Assembly (NCBI GenBank): GCA_009837285.1
Contig: VXTU01000042.1
Span: 1 to 56,098, forward strand
DNA from: Chloroflexota bacterium
Lineage (GTDB): Bacteria; Chloroflexota; Dehalococcoidia; UBA2979
Direction: 5' to 3'
Length of the DNA: 56,098 bases
Position numbers and translations under genes: made by a program. The notes below the pieces were generated by a model. That model searched no databases. It was given only the letters and a program-made list of their open reading frames with translations, and had not been told where the DNA came from. Of the stretch, positions 46,839 to 55,747 are shown piece after piece (positions within the stretch are counted from its first letter, which is position 1; each line of letters opens with the position of its first letter).

Positions 46839-47797
46839 TACGCGGCCGCCTGCCCGAGCGATTCCGCAACGCGGAGGCGAGCCGACCGTGCGCGCGGATT
46901 AAGCGCGACCTCGTCGGCGCCGGGCTTGCGGACTCGCCTGGTCACGCGGCGCAGGGTTGCGACGTGATCGCAGACGCAGATGGGTGCCCGGGGCGGGCAG
47001 ACGCAGTCGCTCGACTCGCGACGGAAGTGCTCCTTCACGACGCGGTCTTCAAGCGAATGGAAGGCGAGCACGGCGATGCGCGCGCCCGCGCCGCCGAGCA
47101 GGCTGCAAGCAGCGGAAAGGGTGTCGGCCAGGAAGTCCGTCTCCCGGTTCACCGCAATCCGCAGGGCCTGGAACGTCAGAGTGGCGGGGTGATGATGACG
47201 TTCCCGACCCCTGCCTGCAGCCTGCTCGACGGCGCGAACGAGGTCGCCCGTCGTCTGTAGTGGCCGCCGCGCCACGATTGCCCTAGCGATCGCGCGCGCA
47301 CGGCGCTCCTCGCCGTAGCGACGGATGATGTCCGCCAGCTCGGCCTCCTCGTACTCGTTGACGATGGTCGCGGCAGTCATCTCCGCGTCCGGGTCCATGC
47401 GCATGTCGAGCGGCTCGTCGCGCTGGAACGAGAACCCGCGGCCGGGTGCGTCGAGCTGCAGCGACGAGACACCGAGGTCGAACAGCACGCCGCCGACGTC
47501 CTCGAACCCGTGCTCGCGTGCGATCTCTGCGATCTCCCGGTGATGCCCGCGTACGAGCACCGCCGCGTCGCCGAACGGCGCGAGCCGTTCGCCGGCGATA
47601 GCAAGCGCATGCGGGTCCAGGTCGATGCCGAGCAGCGCACCCTCGGGCTGTGCCGCATCCAGGATCGCCTCGGCGTGGCCGCCGAGGCCGACCGTCGCGT
47701 CGATGTAGCGGCCGCCGGGGCGCACGTCGAGGCCTTCGAGGACCTCGGTGAGCATCACCGGGTCGTGCCGGGGAGCGTCTGCGGAGCCGGCGGTCAT
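46838..47797 (-). CDS. rsmH: 16S rRNA m4C1402 methyltransferase
   Basis: HDPVMLTE, DATVGLGGH, DLGVSSLQLD, RGFSF, PLDMRM, FQALRIAVN, FHSLEDR, NPRARSARLR. Confidence 0.98.
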   Translation of the reverse strand: MTAGSADAPRHDPVMLTEVLEGLDVRPGGRYIDATVGLGGHAEAILDAAQPEGALLGIDLDPHALAIAGERLAPFGDAAVLVRGHHREIAEIAREHGFEDVGGVLFDLGVSSLQLDAPGRGFSFQRDEPLDMRMDPDAEMTAATIVNEYEEAELADIIRRYGEERRARAIARAIVARRPLQTTGDLVRAVEQAAGRGRERHHHPATLTFQALRIAVNRETDFLADTLSAACSLLGGAGARIAVLAFHSLEDRVVKEHFRRESSDCVCPPRAPICVCDHVATLRRVTRRVRKPGADEVALNPRARSARLRVAESLGQAAA

Positions 47798-48207
47798 GCG
47801 TCGTCCCCGCTCTGCGCCTCGGCCGCCGCGCGCTCTTCTGCCCAGCGGTCGGGATTCCAGATCTCGATGTAGTCGCCGAGACCCACGAGGCTCGCGCGTC
47901 CCTCGAGGCCTGCCCGCTCCCGCATCTCCTGCGGGATGACGATGCGGCCCTGCCGGTCGAGGTCGACGTGGCGCGCGTCCGGGAGGAACAGCCGTCGCCG
48001 GCGGCGGTCGCCACGCCGCTGCGTACCCGACTCGCCCAGGCGCTGCGCCGTCTCTGACTCGAATCCTTGCTGCGTGTAGAGCTCGAGGCAGCCATCCTCG
48101 GCGGGGCGGAGTACGCCCCCGTCCAGCAACTCGCGACGGAAGACGGCCGGAACCGCGACCCGACCCCGGTCGTCCATCGAGTGTTCGAAGGTGCCGTAGA
48201 GATACAC
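47794..48207 (-). CDS. mraZ: Division/cell wall cluster repressor MraZ
   Basis: GTFEHSMDDRGRVAVP, LDRQGRIVIP, GLGDYIEIW. Confidence 0.96.
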   Translation of the reverse strand: MYLYGTFEHSMDDRGRVAVPAVFRRELLDGGVLRPAEDGCLELYTQQGFESETAQRLGESGTQRRGDRRRRRLFLPDARHVDLDRQGRIVIPQEMRERAGLEGRASLVGLGDYIEIWNPDRWAEERAAAEAQSGDDA

Positions 48208-48241
48208 GGCGCGCCCCCGGCTGGGTTGGCATGGGACTCTG

Positions 48242-48307
48242 CCCCATTTCCCCCCACATCGCTCCCGAAGGCTACCATGTGCCCCAACGCATAGCAACGG
48301 TTCCCCA
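48242..48307 (-). promoter_or_regulatory. MraZ operator: phased TGGGG direct repeats
   Basis: Plus-strand CCCCA at 48242, 48252, 48282, 48303 and a degenerate TACCA at 48273, roughly 10-bp phasing. Confidence 0.7.
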
Positions 48308-48343
48308 TTCGGCTCTTTGCTACGATCGCTGCGGGAGACCTCG

Positions 48344-48871
48344 ATGACCGATCAGGACACGCCGGGCCGGGCTGCCGTACTGACCGTCAGCGACCGCGCG
48401 GCAGCAGGGGCGTTCGTCGATACCGCGGGCCCGGCGGTGGCCTCGATGCTGCGCGAGGCGGGCTTCGACGCCGGGGACCCCGACGTGCTTCCCGACGACC
48501 CGGACGCCATCGCCGCATGGCTCAGCCAGCAGGCCGACGAGGAAGGTGTGGCGCTGGCGATCACTGCCGGCGGGACCGGCCTGACGCCACGCGACCAGAC
48601 CCCGCAGGCCACCGAGCGCGTACTCGACTACCGCGTCGAAGGTCTCGCTGAGGCGATGCGGGCCGCCTCGATCGCGATCGTGCCCACGGCGATGCTCTCG
48701 CGCGCCGTCGCCGGTGTGCGAGGGCACACGCTGATTCTCAACCTGCCGGGCAGCGAGCGTGGCGCGCGCGAGAACCTCGAGGTGGTGCTGCCGGTGCTCG
48801 CGCACGCCGTCACGCAGCTCCGCGGCGACACCGAACCCTCGCCCCCGTCCGGCACGCACGGCCGGGGCTAG
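48344..48871 (+). CDS. MogA/MoaB family molybdopterin adenylyltransferase
   Basis: AVLTVSDR, DTAGP, GGTGLTPRDQTP, AMLSR, NLPGS. Confidence 0.95.
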   Translation: MTDQDTPGRAAVLTVSDRAAAGAFVDTAGPAVASMLREAGFDAGDPDVLPDDPDAIAAWLSQQADEEGVALAITAGGTGLTPRDQTPQATERVLDYRVEGLAEAMRAASIAIVPTAMLSRAVAGVRGHTLILNLPGSERGARENLEVVLPVLAHAVTQLRGDTEPSPPSGTHGRG

Positions 48872-48886
48872 TCGCGGCGCGGTCCG

Positions 48887-49627
48887 ATGCGGCTCGACAT
48901 CCTCACGCTGTTCCCGGGCATCTTCAGCGGCCCGCTGGACGAGACGATCCTGCGTCGGGCGATCGACGCCGGGCTCGTCGAGGTGGAACTGCACGACCTG
49001 CGTGACTGGGCGACGGACCGGCATCGCACCGTCGACGACTACCCGTTCGGCGGCGGGCCGGGGATGGTGATGAAGCCCGAGCCGATCTTCGCCGCCGTCG
49101 AGGCGATCCAGCCGCTCGCCGAGCCTGAAGCGACGGTCGTGCTCATGACGCCGCAGGGCCGGCGCCTCGACCACTCGCTTGCCGTCGAGCTGGCCGCGCA
49201 TCCGCGGCTACTCATCGTGTGCGGGCGTTACGAGGGGGTCGACGAGCGCGTGCGGGAGCACCTGGTGGACGTCGAGGTGTCGGTCGCCGACGTCGTCGTG
49301 TCGGGCGGGGAGCTGCCGGCGCTGCTGCTGGTCGACGCGCTCGTGCGGCGCGTGCCGGGGGTGCTGGGTGGGGACGGGTCGCTGACCGAGGAGTCGTTCG
49401 AGGGCGGGCTGCTGGAGTACCCGCAGTACACGCGCCCGGCGGAGTTCCGGGGCTGGACGCCGCCGGATGTGCTGCTGTCCGGGCACCACGCCGAGATCGC
49501 GACATGGCGTCGCCGCCAGCGGCTGGCGCGCACGCGTGCACGGCGCCCGGACCTCCTCTACGCGGCGGATCTCAGCGACGAGGATCGCGCGTGGCTCGAC
49601 GCCAACCCGGAGCCGCCCCTAGACTGA
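48887..49627 (+). CDS. trmD: tRNA (guanine37-N1)-methyltransferase
   Basis: LTLFP, VDDYPFGGGPGMVMK, CGRYEGVDER, SGGE, LLEYPQYTRP. Confidence 0.98.
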   Translation: MRLDILTLFPGIFSGPLDETILRRAIDAGLVEVELHDLRDWATDRHRTVDDYPFGGGPGMVMKPEPIFAAVEAIQPLAEPEATVVLMTPQGRRLDHSLAVELAAHPRLLIVCGRYEGVDERVREHLVDVEVSVADVVVSGGELPALLLVDALVRRVPGVLGGDGSLTEESFEGGLLEYPQYTRPAEFRGWTPPDVLLSGHHAEIATWRRRQRLARTRARRPDLLYAADLSDEDRAWLDANPEPPLD

Positions 49628-49663
49628 ATGGCCGACCCGGACACCGCAGCACGCGAGCACACG

Positions 49664-50008
49664 ATGGCCATCGATCTGCGCGATGTCGCGCCTTCCCGCA
49701 ACGAGACGATTCCCGAGTTCCGCGCGGGCGACAACGTCGCCGTGCATGTGCGCGTGGTCGAGGGTGAGCGCGAACGCATCCAGGTGTTCGAGGGCACAGT
49801 GCTGCGCGTCCGCAAGGGCTACAACGGCAGCTTCACCGTCCGTCGAGTCGCCTCGGGCATCGGCGTGGAGCGCACCTTCCCGCTCAACGGCAAGCGCATC
49901 GACCGGGTCGAGGTGACGCGCCGCGGCCGTGTCCGTCGCTCGCGGCTCTACTACCTCCGTGGCCGCACCGGCCGCGCCGCGCGCGTGCGTGAGGCCCGCC
50001 GCCGGTAG
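49664..50008 (+). CDS. rplS: 50S ribosomal protein L19
   Basis: [44 protein letters not shown]. Confidence 0.98.
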   Translation: MAIDLRDVAPSRNETIPEFRAGDNVAVHVRVVEGERERIQVFEGTVLRVRKGYNGSFTVRRVASGIGVERTFPLNGKRIDRVEVTRRGRVRRSRLYYLRGRTGRAARVREARRR

Positions 50009-50021
50009 GCCCCTGGAGCGG

Positions 50022-50234
50022 CTAAGCCGACACCGACACAATCAGCCCGATGACGGCGATGGTCAGGACGCCGCCCAGCATCGTGCAAACCATCGTCCGG
50101 ATCATGCGGCGCTCCATAGCGTGCAGGTCGGCCACGAACCCGTCCCTAAAATCGTCGAGCTTCGTCAGGAGCTCTTCAAACTCGGGCCTGACGAGGTTCC
50201 GAGCGTAAGGTTCGCGACAGGCAGCGGGATTCAT
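50022..50234 (-). CDS. Small coiled-coil protein with C-terminal TM, paralog of the next gene
   Basis: ATG 50234, 70 aa; ..LHAMERRMIRTMVCTMLGGVLTIAVIGLIV. Confidence 0.6.
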   Translation of the reverse strand: MNPAACREPYARNLVRPEFEELLTKLDDFRDGFVADLHAMERRMIRTMVCTMLGGVLTIAVIGLIVSVSA

Positions 50235-50302
50235 GGTGGCCGGTCCATCTCTACCTGCGCCGCCGCGCCGTTCGCGTACGTAAGAGGCGGCGCTGGTAGC
50301 TC

Positions 50303-50545
50303 CTACGAGGCGGCGATACTGGCGACGGCTGCGGCGATGGCTGCGGCCGCCAACATGCCGCCGAACATGGCCCCCACAGTCCAGCGAGTCATGCGGGTTT
50401 CCATCTGATTCATCCGAACCTCGAGCTGATGCAACTCCATGCGCAGCTCGGCACGGAGTACGTCCAACTCTGACCGCACCACGTCCAACTCCGCGCGGAG
50501 CACGTCCCGGGTCACAAATTCGGTCGATGAGGCGTCGGCAGTCAT
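50303..50545 (-). CDS. CCDC90/DUF1640-like coiled-coil membrane-anchored microprotein
   Basis: FVTRDVL neck-like motif, heptads LRAELDV/VRSELDV/LRAELRM, METRMTRWTVGAMFGG then hydrophobic tail. Confidence 0.7.
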   Translation of the reverse strand: MTADASSTEFVTRDVLRAELDVVRSELDVLRAELRMELHQLEVRMNQMETRMTRWTVGAMFGGMLAAAAIAAAVASIAAS

Positions 50546-50607
50546 GGCGGCGCATCGTCTCCATCCCGTGGGAGCGGGACGTCACTGTAGCACGAAATAG
50601 CTTGTCA

Positions 50608-50621
50608 CGAACATCCGTTTT
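50608..50621. promoter_or_regulatory. LexA-like SOS box in the divergent priA promoter region
   Basis: CGAAC-ATCC-GTTTT, one mismatch in the GAAC-N4-GTTC core. Confidence 0.45.
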
Positions 50622-50662
50622 GTTATAGACCCACGTAGCGGCTCGCTTCGTATCATCGAGGC

Positions 50663-53362
50663 ATGACCAGCCAGCCCTCCGCTGAGGCCCGACCGCGCTT
50701 CGTGCAGGTGGCCGTCAACTCCGGGCGGCCGACGTTCATGACCTTCTCGTACCGCGTGCCGCCCGGCCGTGAGGTCGAGCCGGGCGAGGTCGTCCACGTC
50801 CCGTTCGGCCGCCGCGAGTTGCAGGGCGTGGTCGTCGAAGCTCCCACCGACCTGCCCGGTTACTCCGGCGACATCCGCGAGTTGCTCCCGCCTGTCGAGG
50901 GCGCCCCGAGACTGGACGCGACGCAGCTCACGCTCGCCTCGTGGATCGCCGACTACTACCTCGCCCCGCCGTGGGAGGCGCATGCGCTGATGCTGCCGCC
51001 CGGCGCGGGCGAGCGACCGCGCACGCTCGTCGTGCGCGGCGACGCCGAGCGCCCGGCGACGCTTTCCGAGCGGCAGGAGCGGCTCTACGAGCTGCTCGAC
51101 GACACGCCCCGCGAGGTCAACGAGTTGCGCGCCGCCGTGGGCGCGCGTGGCTTCGACGCCACGCTCGGCGCGCTCGCGAGGCGCGGGCTGGCCGAACGCC
51201 GGTACGAGCTTGCACGGCCGCGGGGTCGGCCGCGCATCGTCGAGGTCGTCCGTCTCGCGGTCGACGCGGAGCGGGCGCGCGAGTTCGCCGCGGGCATCGA
51301 GGGCCGGCGCGCCTCACGGCGCGCACGCGCGCTGCGCGCGCTCCTCGACGCGGGCGACGAGGCGATCCCGTTCGACGAGCTCGGGCGCGTCGCGCGCGGG
51401 GCGCCGGCGGTGGAGACGCTGATTTCGGACGGCCTGCTGGAGGTCGACGGGCAGCGCAACGTCCGGCTCACCCTCGAGCCCGCCGCCGCCGAAGGGCGCA
51501 TCCGCGAACTGACGCGCACGCGGGCGCAGGCTGCCGGGGCCGCGCTCCTCGAACGCCTGGCCGGGGAGCCGGCGGCCGAGCTGCGCGTGCCCGACCTTGC
51601 GCGCGAGTTCGGCGCGGGGGTGGGCGAGGCCGTCGACCACCTGCGCGATGCGGGGCTTGTCGAGGTCGTCGACATGCTCGACCAGCGAGACCCGCTGCGC
51701 GACCTCGACGTGGCCGCTCGACCGCCCGTCGAGCTGCTGCACGAGCAGCGCGCCGCCGGGGCGGCGGTCCGCGCCGCCGTCGACCGTCGCGATGGCAGCA
51801 CATTGCTGCTCAACGGGGTCACGGGGAGCGGGAAGACCGAGGTCTACCTCGACGCCCTCGCGCACGCGGTGAGTCTCGGGCGGCGCGGGATCGTACTCGT
51901 CCCGGAGATCGCGCTGACGCCGCAGACGGTGCGCCGCTTCGCGGAGCGTTTCCCCGGCCATGTTGGAGTGCTGCACTCCGGGCTGTCGCTGGGCGAGGCG
52001 TACGACCAGTGGACGCAGATCGCCGATGGTGCGTTCGACGTGGTCATCGGCTCCCGCTCCGCGATCTTCGCGCCGCAGCCGGACCTCGGACTCGTCGTCG
52101 TCGACGAGGCGCACGAGTGGACCTACAAGCAGCACGACCCCGCGCCCCGGTATGACGCGCGCGCGGTCGCCGAGCGCCTGGGCGAGCTGACGGGTGCTGC
52201 GGTGGTCTTCGGGACGGCCACACCCGACGCGGAGCGCTGGTACGCCGCCGCCGAGGGGCACATCGAGCGGCTCGACCTGCCTCGACGGCTGCGCTCGGTG
52301 CGTCAACCGGGGGGCGAGGTGCAGCTCTGGCCCGACGAGCAGCTCCCGGAGGTCGAGATTGTCGACGTGCGCGGCGCGCGCGAGCTGCTGTCCGGCACGC
52401 TCGTCGAGGCGATCGGCCAAGCCCTCGACCGCGACGAACAGGCGCTGCTCTTCCTGAACCGCCGCGGACTCGCGGGGTTCCTGCTGTGCGCGCGCGGCCA
52501 CTCACCGGCATGCCCGGGCTGCGACGTCTCACTCGCGCTGCATCACCCGCGAGACGCTGAGGCCGGCGCAGCGGGACGCCTCGTCTGCCATCAGTGCAGC
52601 CGGTCGCGCCCGACGCCAACGCGGTGCGAGGAGTGCGGAGGCCCGCTTCGCCCCGCGCAGGCCGGCACGCAGGCAGTCGAGCGCGAGGTGCGGCGGCTGT
52701 TCCCCACCGCTCGCATCGTGCGCTGGGACCGCGACACCGCGCGCCGCCAGTCGGACCACGACGCCATCCTCGGCCAGCTACAGCGACACGAGGCCGACGT
52801 GCTCGTCGGCACACAGATGATCGCGAAGGGCCTGGACTTGCCGCTCGTGACGCTCGTCGGCGTCGTGCTCGCGGACTACGGTCTGCGGTCCGGGGACTTC
52901 CGCGCGCGTGAGCGCACCTTCCAGCTCCTGACACAGGTCGCAGGCCGCGCCGGGCGGGCCGACCTGCACGGCCGCGTCATCGTGCAGACCCTCGCGCCCG
53001 ATGACCGGGTCGTCGAGGCCGTCGCCGACTACGACGCTGACGGGTTCTTCGAGGAGGAGCTGCGCTGGCGTGCCGAGTTCGGCTACCCACCGTTCACCCG
53101 GTTGGCCCGCCTCGTCTTCGCGCATACCAACGCCGCGTTCGCCGTTGAGGAGGCGCACCGCATGCGCGACGAGTTGCGGCGCGCCGCCGCCGGCCTCCCG
53201 GGCGTCGACGTGCTCGGGCCCGCCCCGCCGCAGGTCGCGCGGCGTCGCGGACGCCACCGCTGGGCGCTGCTCGTCCGGGCGCCCGACCCCGCCGAGGTGC
53301 TGCGTGAGGTGGAGTTGCCCCTCGGCTGGACGGTCGATGTCGACCCGGTGCTCCTCGACTGA
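50663..53362 (+). CDS. priA: Primosomal protein N' (replication restart helicase)
   Basis: GVTGSGKTEVY, LVPEIALTPQ, VDEAH, ATP, LFLNRRG, Cys clusters, GTQMIAKGLD, QVAGRAGR, YPPF, VDVDP. Confidence 0.97.
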   Translation: MTSQPSAEARPRFVQVAVNSGRPTFMTFSYRVPPGREVEPGEVVHVPFGRRELQGVVVEAPTDLPGYSGDIRELLPPVEGAPRLDATQLTLASWIADYYLAPPWEAHALMLPPGAGERPRTLVVRGDAERPATLSERQERLYELLDDTPREVNELRAAVGARGFDATLGALARRGLAERRYELARPRGRPRIVEVVRLAVDAERAREFAAGIEGRRASRRARALRALLDAGDEAIPFDELGRVARGAPAVETLISDGLLEVDGQRNVRLTLEPAAAEGRIRELTRTRAQAAGAALLERLAGEPAAELRVPDLAREFGAGVGEAVDHLRDAGLVEVVDMLDQRDPLRDLDVAARPPVELLHEQRAAGAAVRAAVDRRDGSTLLLNGVTGSGKTEVYLDALAHAVSLGRRGIVLVPEIALTPQTVRRFAERFPGHVGVLHSGLSLGEAYDQWTQIADGAFDVVIGSRSAIFAPQPDLGLVVVDEAHEWTYKQHDPAPRYDARAVAERLGELTGAAVVFGTATPDAERWYAAAEGHIERLDLPRRLRSVRQPGGEVQLWPDEQLPEVEIVDVRGARELLSGTLVEAIGQALDRDEQALLFLNRRGLAGFLLCARGHSPACPGCDVSLALHHPRDAEAGAAGRLVCHQCSRSRPTPTRCEECGGPLRPAQAGTQAVEREVRRLFPTARIVRWDRDTARRQSDHDAILGQLQRHEADVLVGTQMIAKGLDLPLVTLVGVVLADYGLRSGDFRARERTFQLLTQVAGRAGRADLHGRVIVQTLAPDDRVVEAVADYDADGFFEEELRWRAEFGYPPFTRLARLVFAHTNAAFAVEEAHRMRDELRRAAAGLPGVDVLGPAPPQVARRRGRHRWALLVRAPDPAEVLREVELPLGWTVDVDPVLLD

Positions 53363-53454
53363 GCGAGTGCCGCCGCGCGCGGACGCTTGCGGGGATGTCG
53401 TCTAGAATCGAGTCCCTGCAAACCCGCCGTTCGCCCCGACAGCAGGAGCCAGCG

Positions 53455-53973
53455 CTGAGCGTCCGACCCATCCGTTACCTCGGGGACCCGGTACTGCGCC
53501 GACGCGCGAGCGAGGTGCCGCACGTCGACGACTCGATCCGGCAGCTCGTCGACGACATGATCGAGTCGATGTACGCAGCCGACGGGGTTGGACTCGCCGC
53601 TCCGCAGATCGGTATCGGCCTGCGCATCGTCGTGTTGGGGATGCCGGACGAGGAGCCCGTGTCGATCATCAACCCGGTCATCGTCGAGCGAGCAGGCGAG
53701 CGCGAGCTGGAGGGCGAGGGCTGCCTCTCCGTGCCGGGATACCGCGGCAGCGTCACGCGCTCGCAGCAGGTCACCGTCGAGGGTCTCGACGCGGACGGGC
53801 GTGCGCTGCGGATCACCGCGTGCGACAACCTGCTCGCACAGGCGATCGAGCACGAGGTCGACCATGTGAACGGCATCCTCTACGTGGATCGTCTGACCAG
53901 TATCGATACCCTGACCAAGCTCGAGGGTGACCGCTGGGGCGCGGCAGCTGACGATGAGAGCGAGGGCGACTGA
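53455..53973 (+). CDS. def: Peptide deformylase; probable CTG start (ATG 53395 is the alternative)
   Basis: GDPVLR, GVGLAAPQIG, EGCLSVPG, HEVDH. Confidence 0.96.
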   Translation: MSVRPIRYLGDPVLRRRASEVPHVDDSIRQLVDDMIESMYAADGVGLAAPQIGIGLRIVVLGMPDEEPVSIINPVIVERAGERELEGEGCLSVPGYRGSVTRSQQVTVEGLDADGRALRITACDNLLAQAIEHEVDHVNGILYVDRLTSIDTLTKLEGDRWGAAADDESEGD

Positions 53974-54281
53974 TGGAGTTCTTCGTCGCGCTGCTGTTCG
54001 TTGTCGCCGCCTTCTACTTCATCCTGCTGCGCCCCGTGATGAACCAGCAGCGCCGCCGCCGGCGCGACCTCGCCGCGCTCGACGTTGGCGACGAGGTCCT
54101 CACTAGCGGCGGGTTCTACGCGACGGTGCGGGCGATCCGCACCATGGACGAGGGCCCGCAGGAGATCATGCTCGAGGTTGCGCCCGGCGTTGAGCTGCGC
54201 GCGACTCCCGACGCCATCCAGCACGTGACCCCCCGCACCACTGAGGGTGCCGGGTCCGCCGACGGGACGGATCCCGAGTAG
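53973..54281 (+). CDS. yajC: Preprotein translocase subunit YajC
   Basis: FYFILLRP..Q, LDVGDEVLTSGGFYA; before secD. Confidence 0.93.
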   Translation: MEFFVALLFVVAAFYFILLRPVMNQQRRRRRDLAALDVGDEVLTSGGFYATVRAIRTMDEGPQEIMLEVAPGVELRATPDAIQHVTPRTTEGAGSADGTDPE

Positions 54282-54301
54282 GTGCGAGCCGGGCCAACAT
54301 C

Positions 54302-55738
54302 GTGACCAGAACCATCTTCTCGCTGCTCGGCATCTTCGTGCTCGCCGCGGCGTCGCTGTACGTGGTATGGCCCTCCGAGCCGGACAAGTGGCTCCCATCC
54401 GCCGTGCCGTGGCCTGAGGGCCGCGGCGTCACCATCGGCGACTTCGAGCGGAAGACGATCCGTCTCGGCCTCGACCTCCAGGGCGGCTCGCGGTTGCTCC
54501 TCCAGGCGTCGCTCCCCGAGGGCTCCGAGGGCGACATCGAGGACGGCATCGAGGGCGCGCTCCGCGTGCTGAGGCGGCGCGTGGATGTCTCTGGCGTCGC
54601 CGAGGCCGAGGTGACTCGGCAGGGCGAGCGCAACATCTCGATCCAGCTGCCCGGCCTCGAACCGGACGAGGCGCGCGAGCTGCTCGGCCGCACCGCTCTG
54701 CTGCAGTTCTGCGAGGCCGCACCGGACCTCGGCGGCGGCACGCCGTGCGATGAAGCCGGCCTGTGGGTACAGGCGCAGGGCGTGCTCGACGGGCAACCGA
54801 CGGCGCTCACCGGGCGCTTCCTCCGCCCCAATGCGTTCGTTGGAGCCGACCCACTCGGGAACCCCCTCGTCCAGTTCGAGTGGACGGGCGAGGGATCGAC
54901 GCTCTCCGAGCAGGTCACGTCGCGGCTCATCGGACAACCGCTCGGCATCTTCCTCGACAACGAGTTGCTCTCGGCGCCCACCGTGCGCGCGGTCATCAGC
55001 GACCGCGGCGTCATCGAGGGGATGCCGCTCACCTCGAGCGAGGGCCGCACGGGCGCGCAGGAGCTGGTCGTGCAGCTCAACTCGGGCGCCCTGCCCGTGC
55101 AGCTCACCGTGCTGCAGGAGCAGGAGGTCGACGCGACGCTCGGCGAGGACTCGGTCGTGCGGTCGGTGCTGGCCGGCGAGATCGGTCTGCTGCTCGTGGC
55201 GCTGTTCATGATCCTCTACTACCGCACGCCGGGGTTCCTCGCCGCCGTGGCGCTCCTCGTCTACACGCTGCTCACCATGGCGGTGTTCAAGCTCATCCCC
55301 GTCACGCTCAACCTCGCCGGGATCGCCGCGTTCGTGCTCTCGGTCGGTATGGCCGTCGACGCCAACATCCTGATCTTCGAGCGGATGAAGGAGGAGCTGC
55401 GCGCCGGCCGCGCCTACCGCACGGCGCTCGATGTGGGCTTCGCGAGGGCGTGGTCGTCGATCCGCGACTCGAACGTCAGCACGCTCATCACCTGCTTCAT
55501 CCTGTTCATCCTCGGCGGCGGCCTCGAGGTGCCCGGCCTCGGAGCGTTCGAGGCGCCGCTGGTGCAGGGCTTCGCGGTCACGCTCGCCGTGGGTGTGCTC
55601 ATCTCGATGTTCTCGGCCATCACCGTCACCCGGACGCTCATGAGGGCGCTCGGCACCACGCGCTTCGCGCGCCAGCCGGACTTGCTCGGCACGGGCGTGC
55701 GCTCCTACCGGAGCGCGCGCGAGGCGACCGAGGGGTAG
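54302..55738 (+). CDS. secD: Protein translocase subunit SecD
   Basis: LGLDLQGG, LNSGALP, ATLG, LAGIAAFVLSVGMAVDANILIFERMKEE, IRDSN. Confidence 0.97.
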   Translation: MTRTIFSLLGIFVLAAASLYVVWPSEPDKWLPSAVPWPEGRGVTIGDFERKTIRLGLDLQGGSRLLLQASLPEGSEGDIEDGIEGALRVLRRRVDVSGVAEAEVTRQGERNISIQLPGLEPDEARELLGRTALLQFCEAAPDLGGGTPCDEAGLWVQAQGVLDGQPTALTGRFLRPNAFVGADPLGNPLVQFEWTGEGSTLSEQVTSRLIGQPLGIFLDNELLSAPTVRAVISDRGVIEGMPLTSSEGRTGAQELVVQLNSGALPVQLTVLQEQEVDATLGEDSVVRSVLAGEIGLLLVALFMILYYRTPGFLAAVALLVYTLLTMAVFKLIPVTLNLAGIAAFVLSVGMAVDANILIFERMKEELRAGRAYRTALDVGFARAWSSIRDSNVSTLITCFILFILGGGLEVPGLGAFEAPLVQGFAVTLAVGVLISMFSAITVTRTLMRALGTTRFARQPDLLGTGVRSYRSAREATEG

Positions 55739-55747
55739 GCGGGCGCG

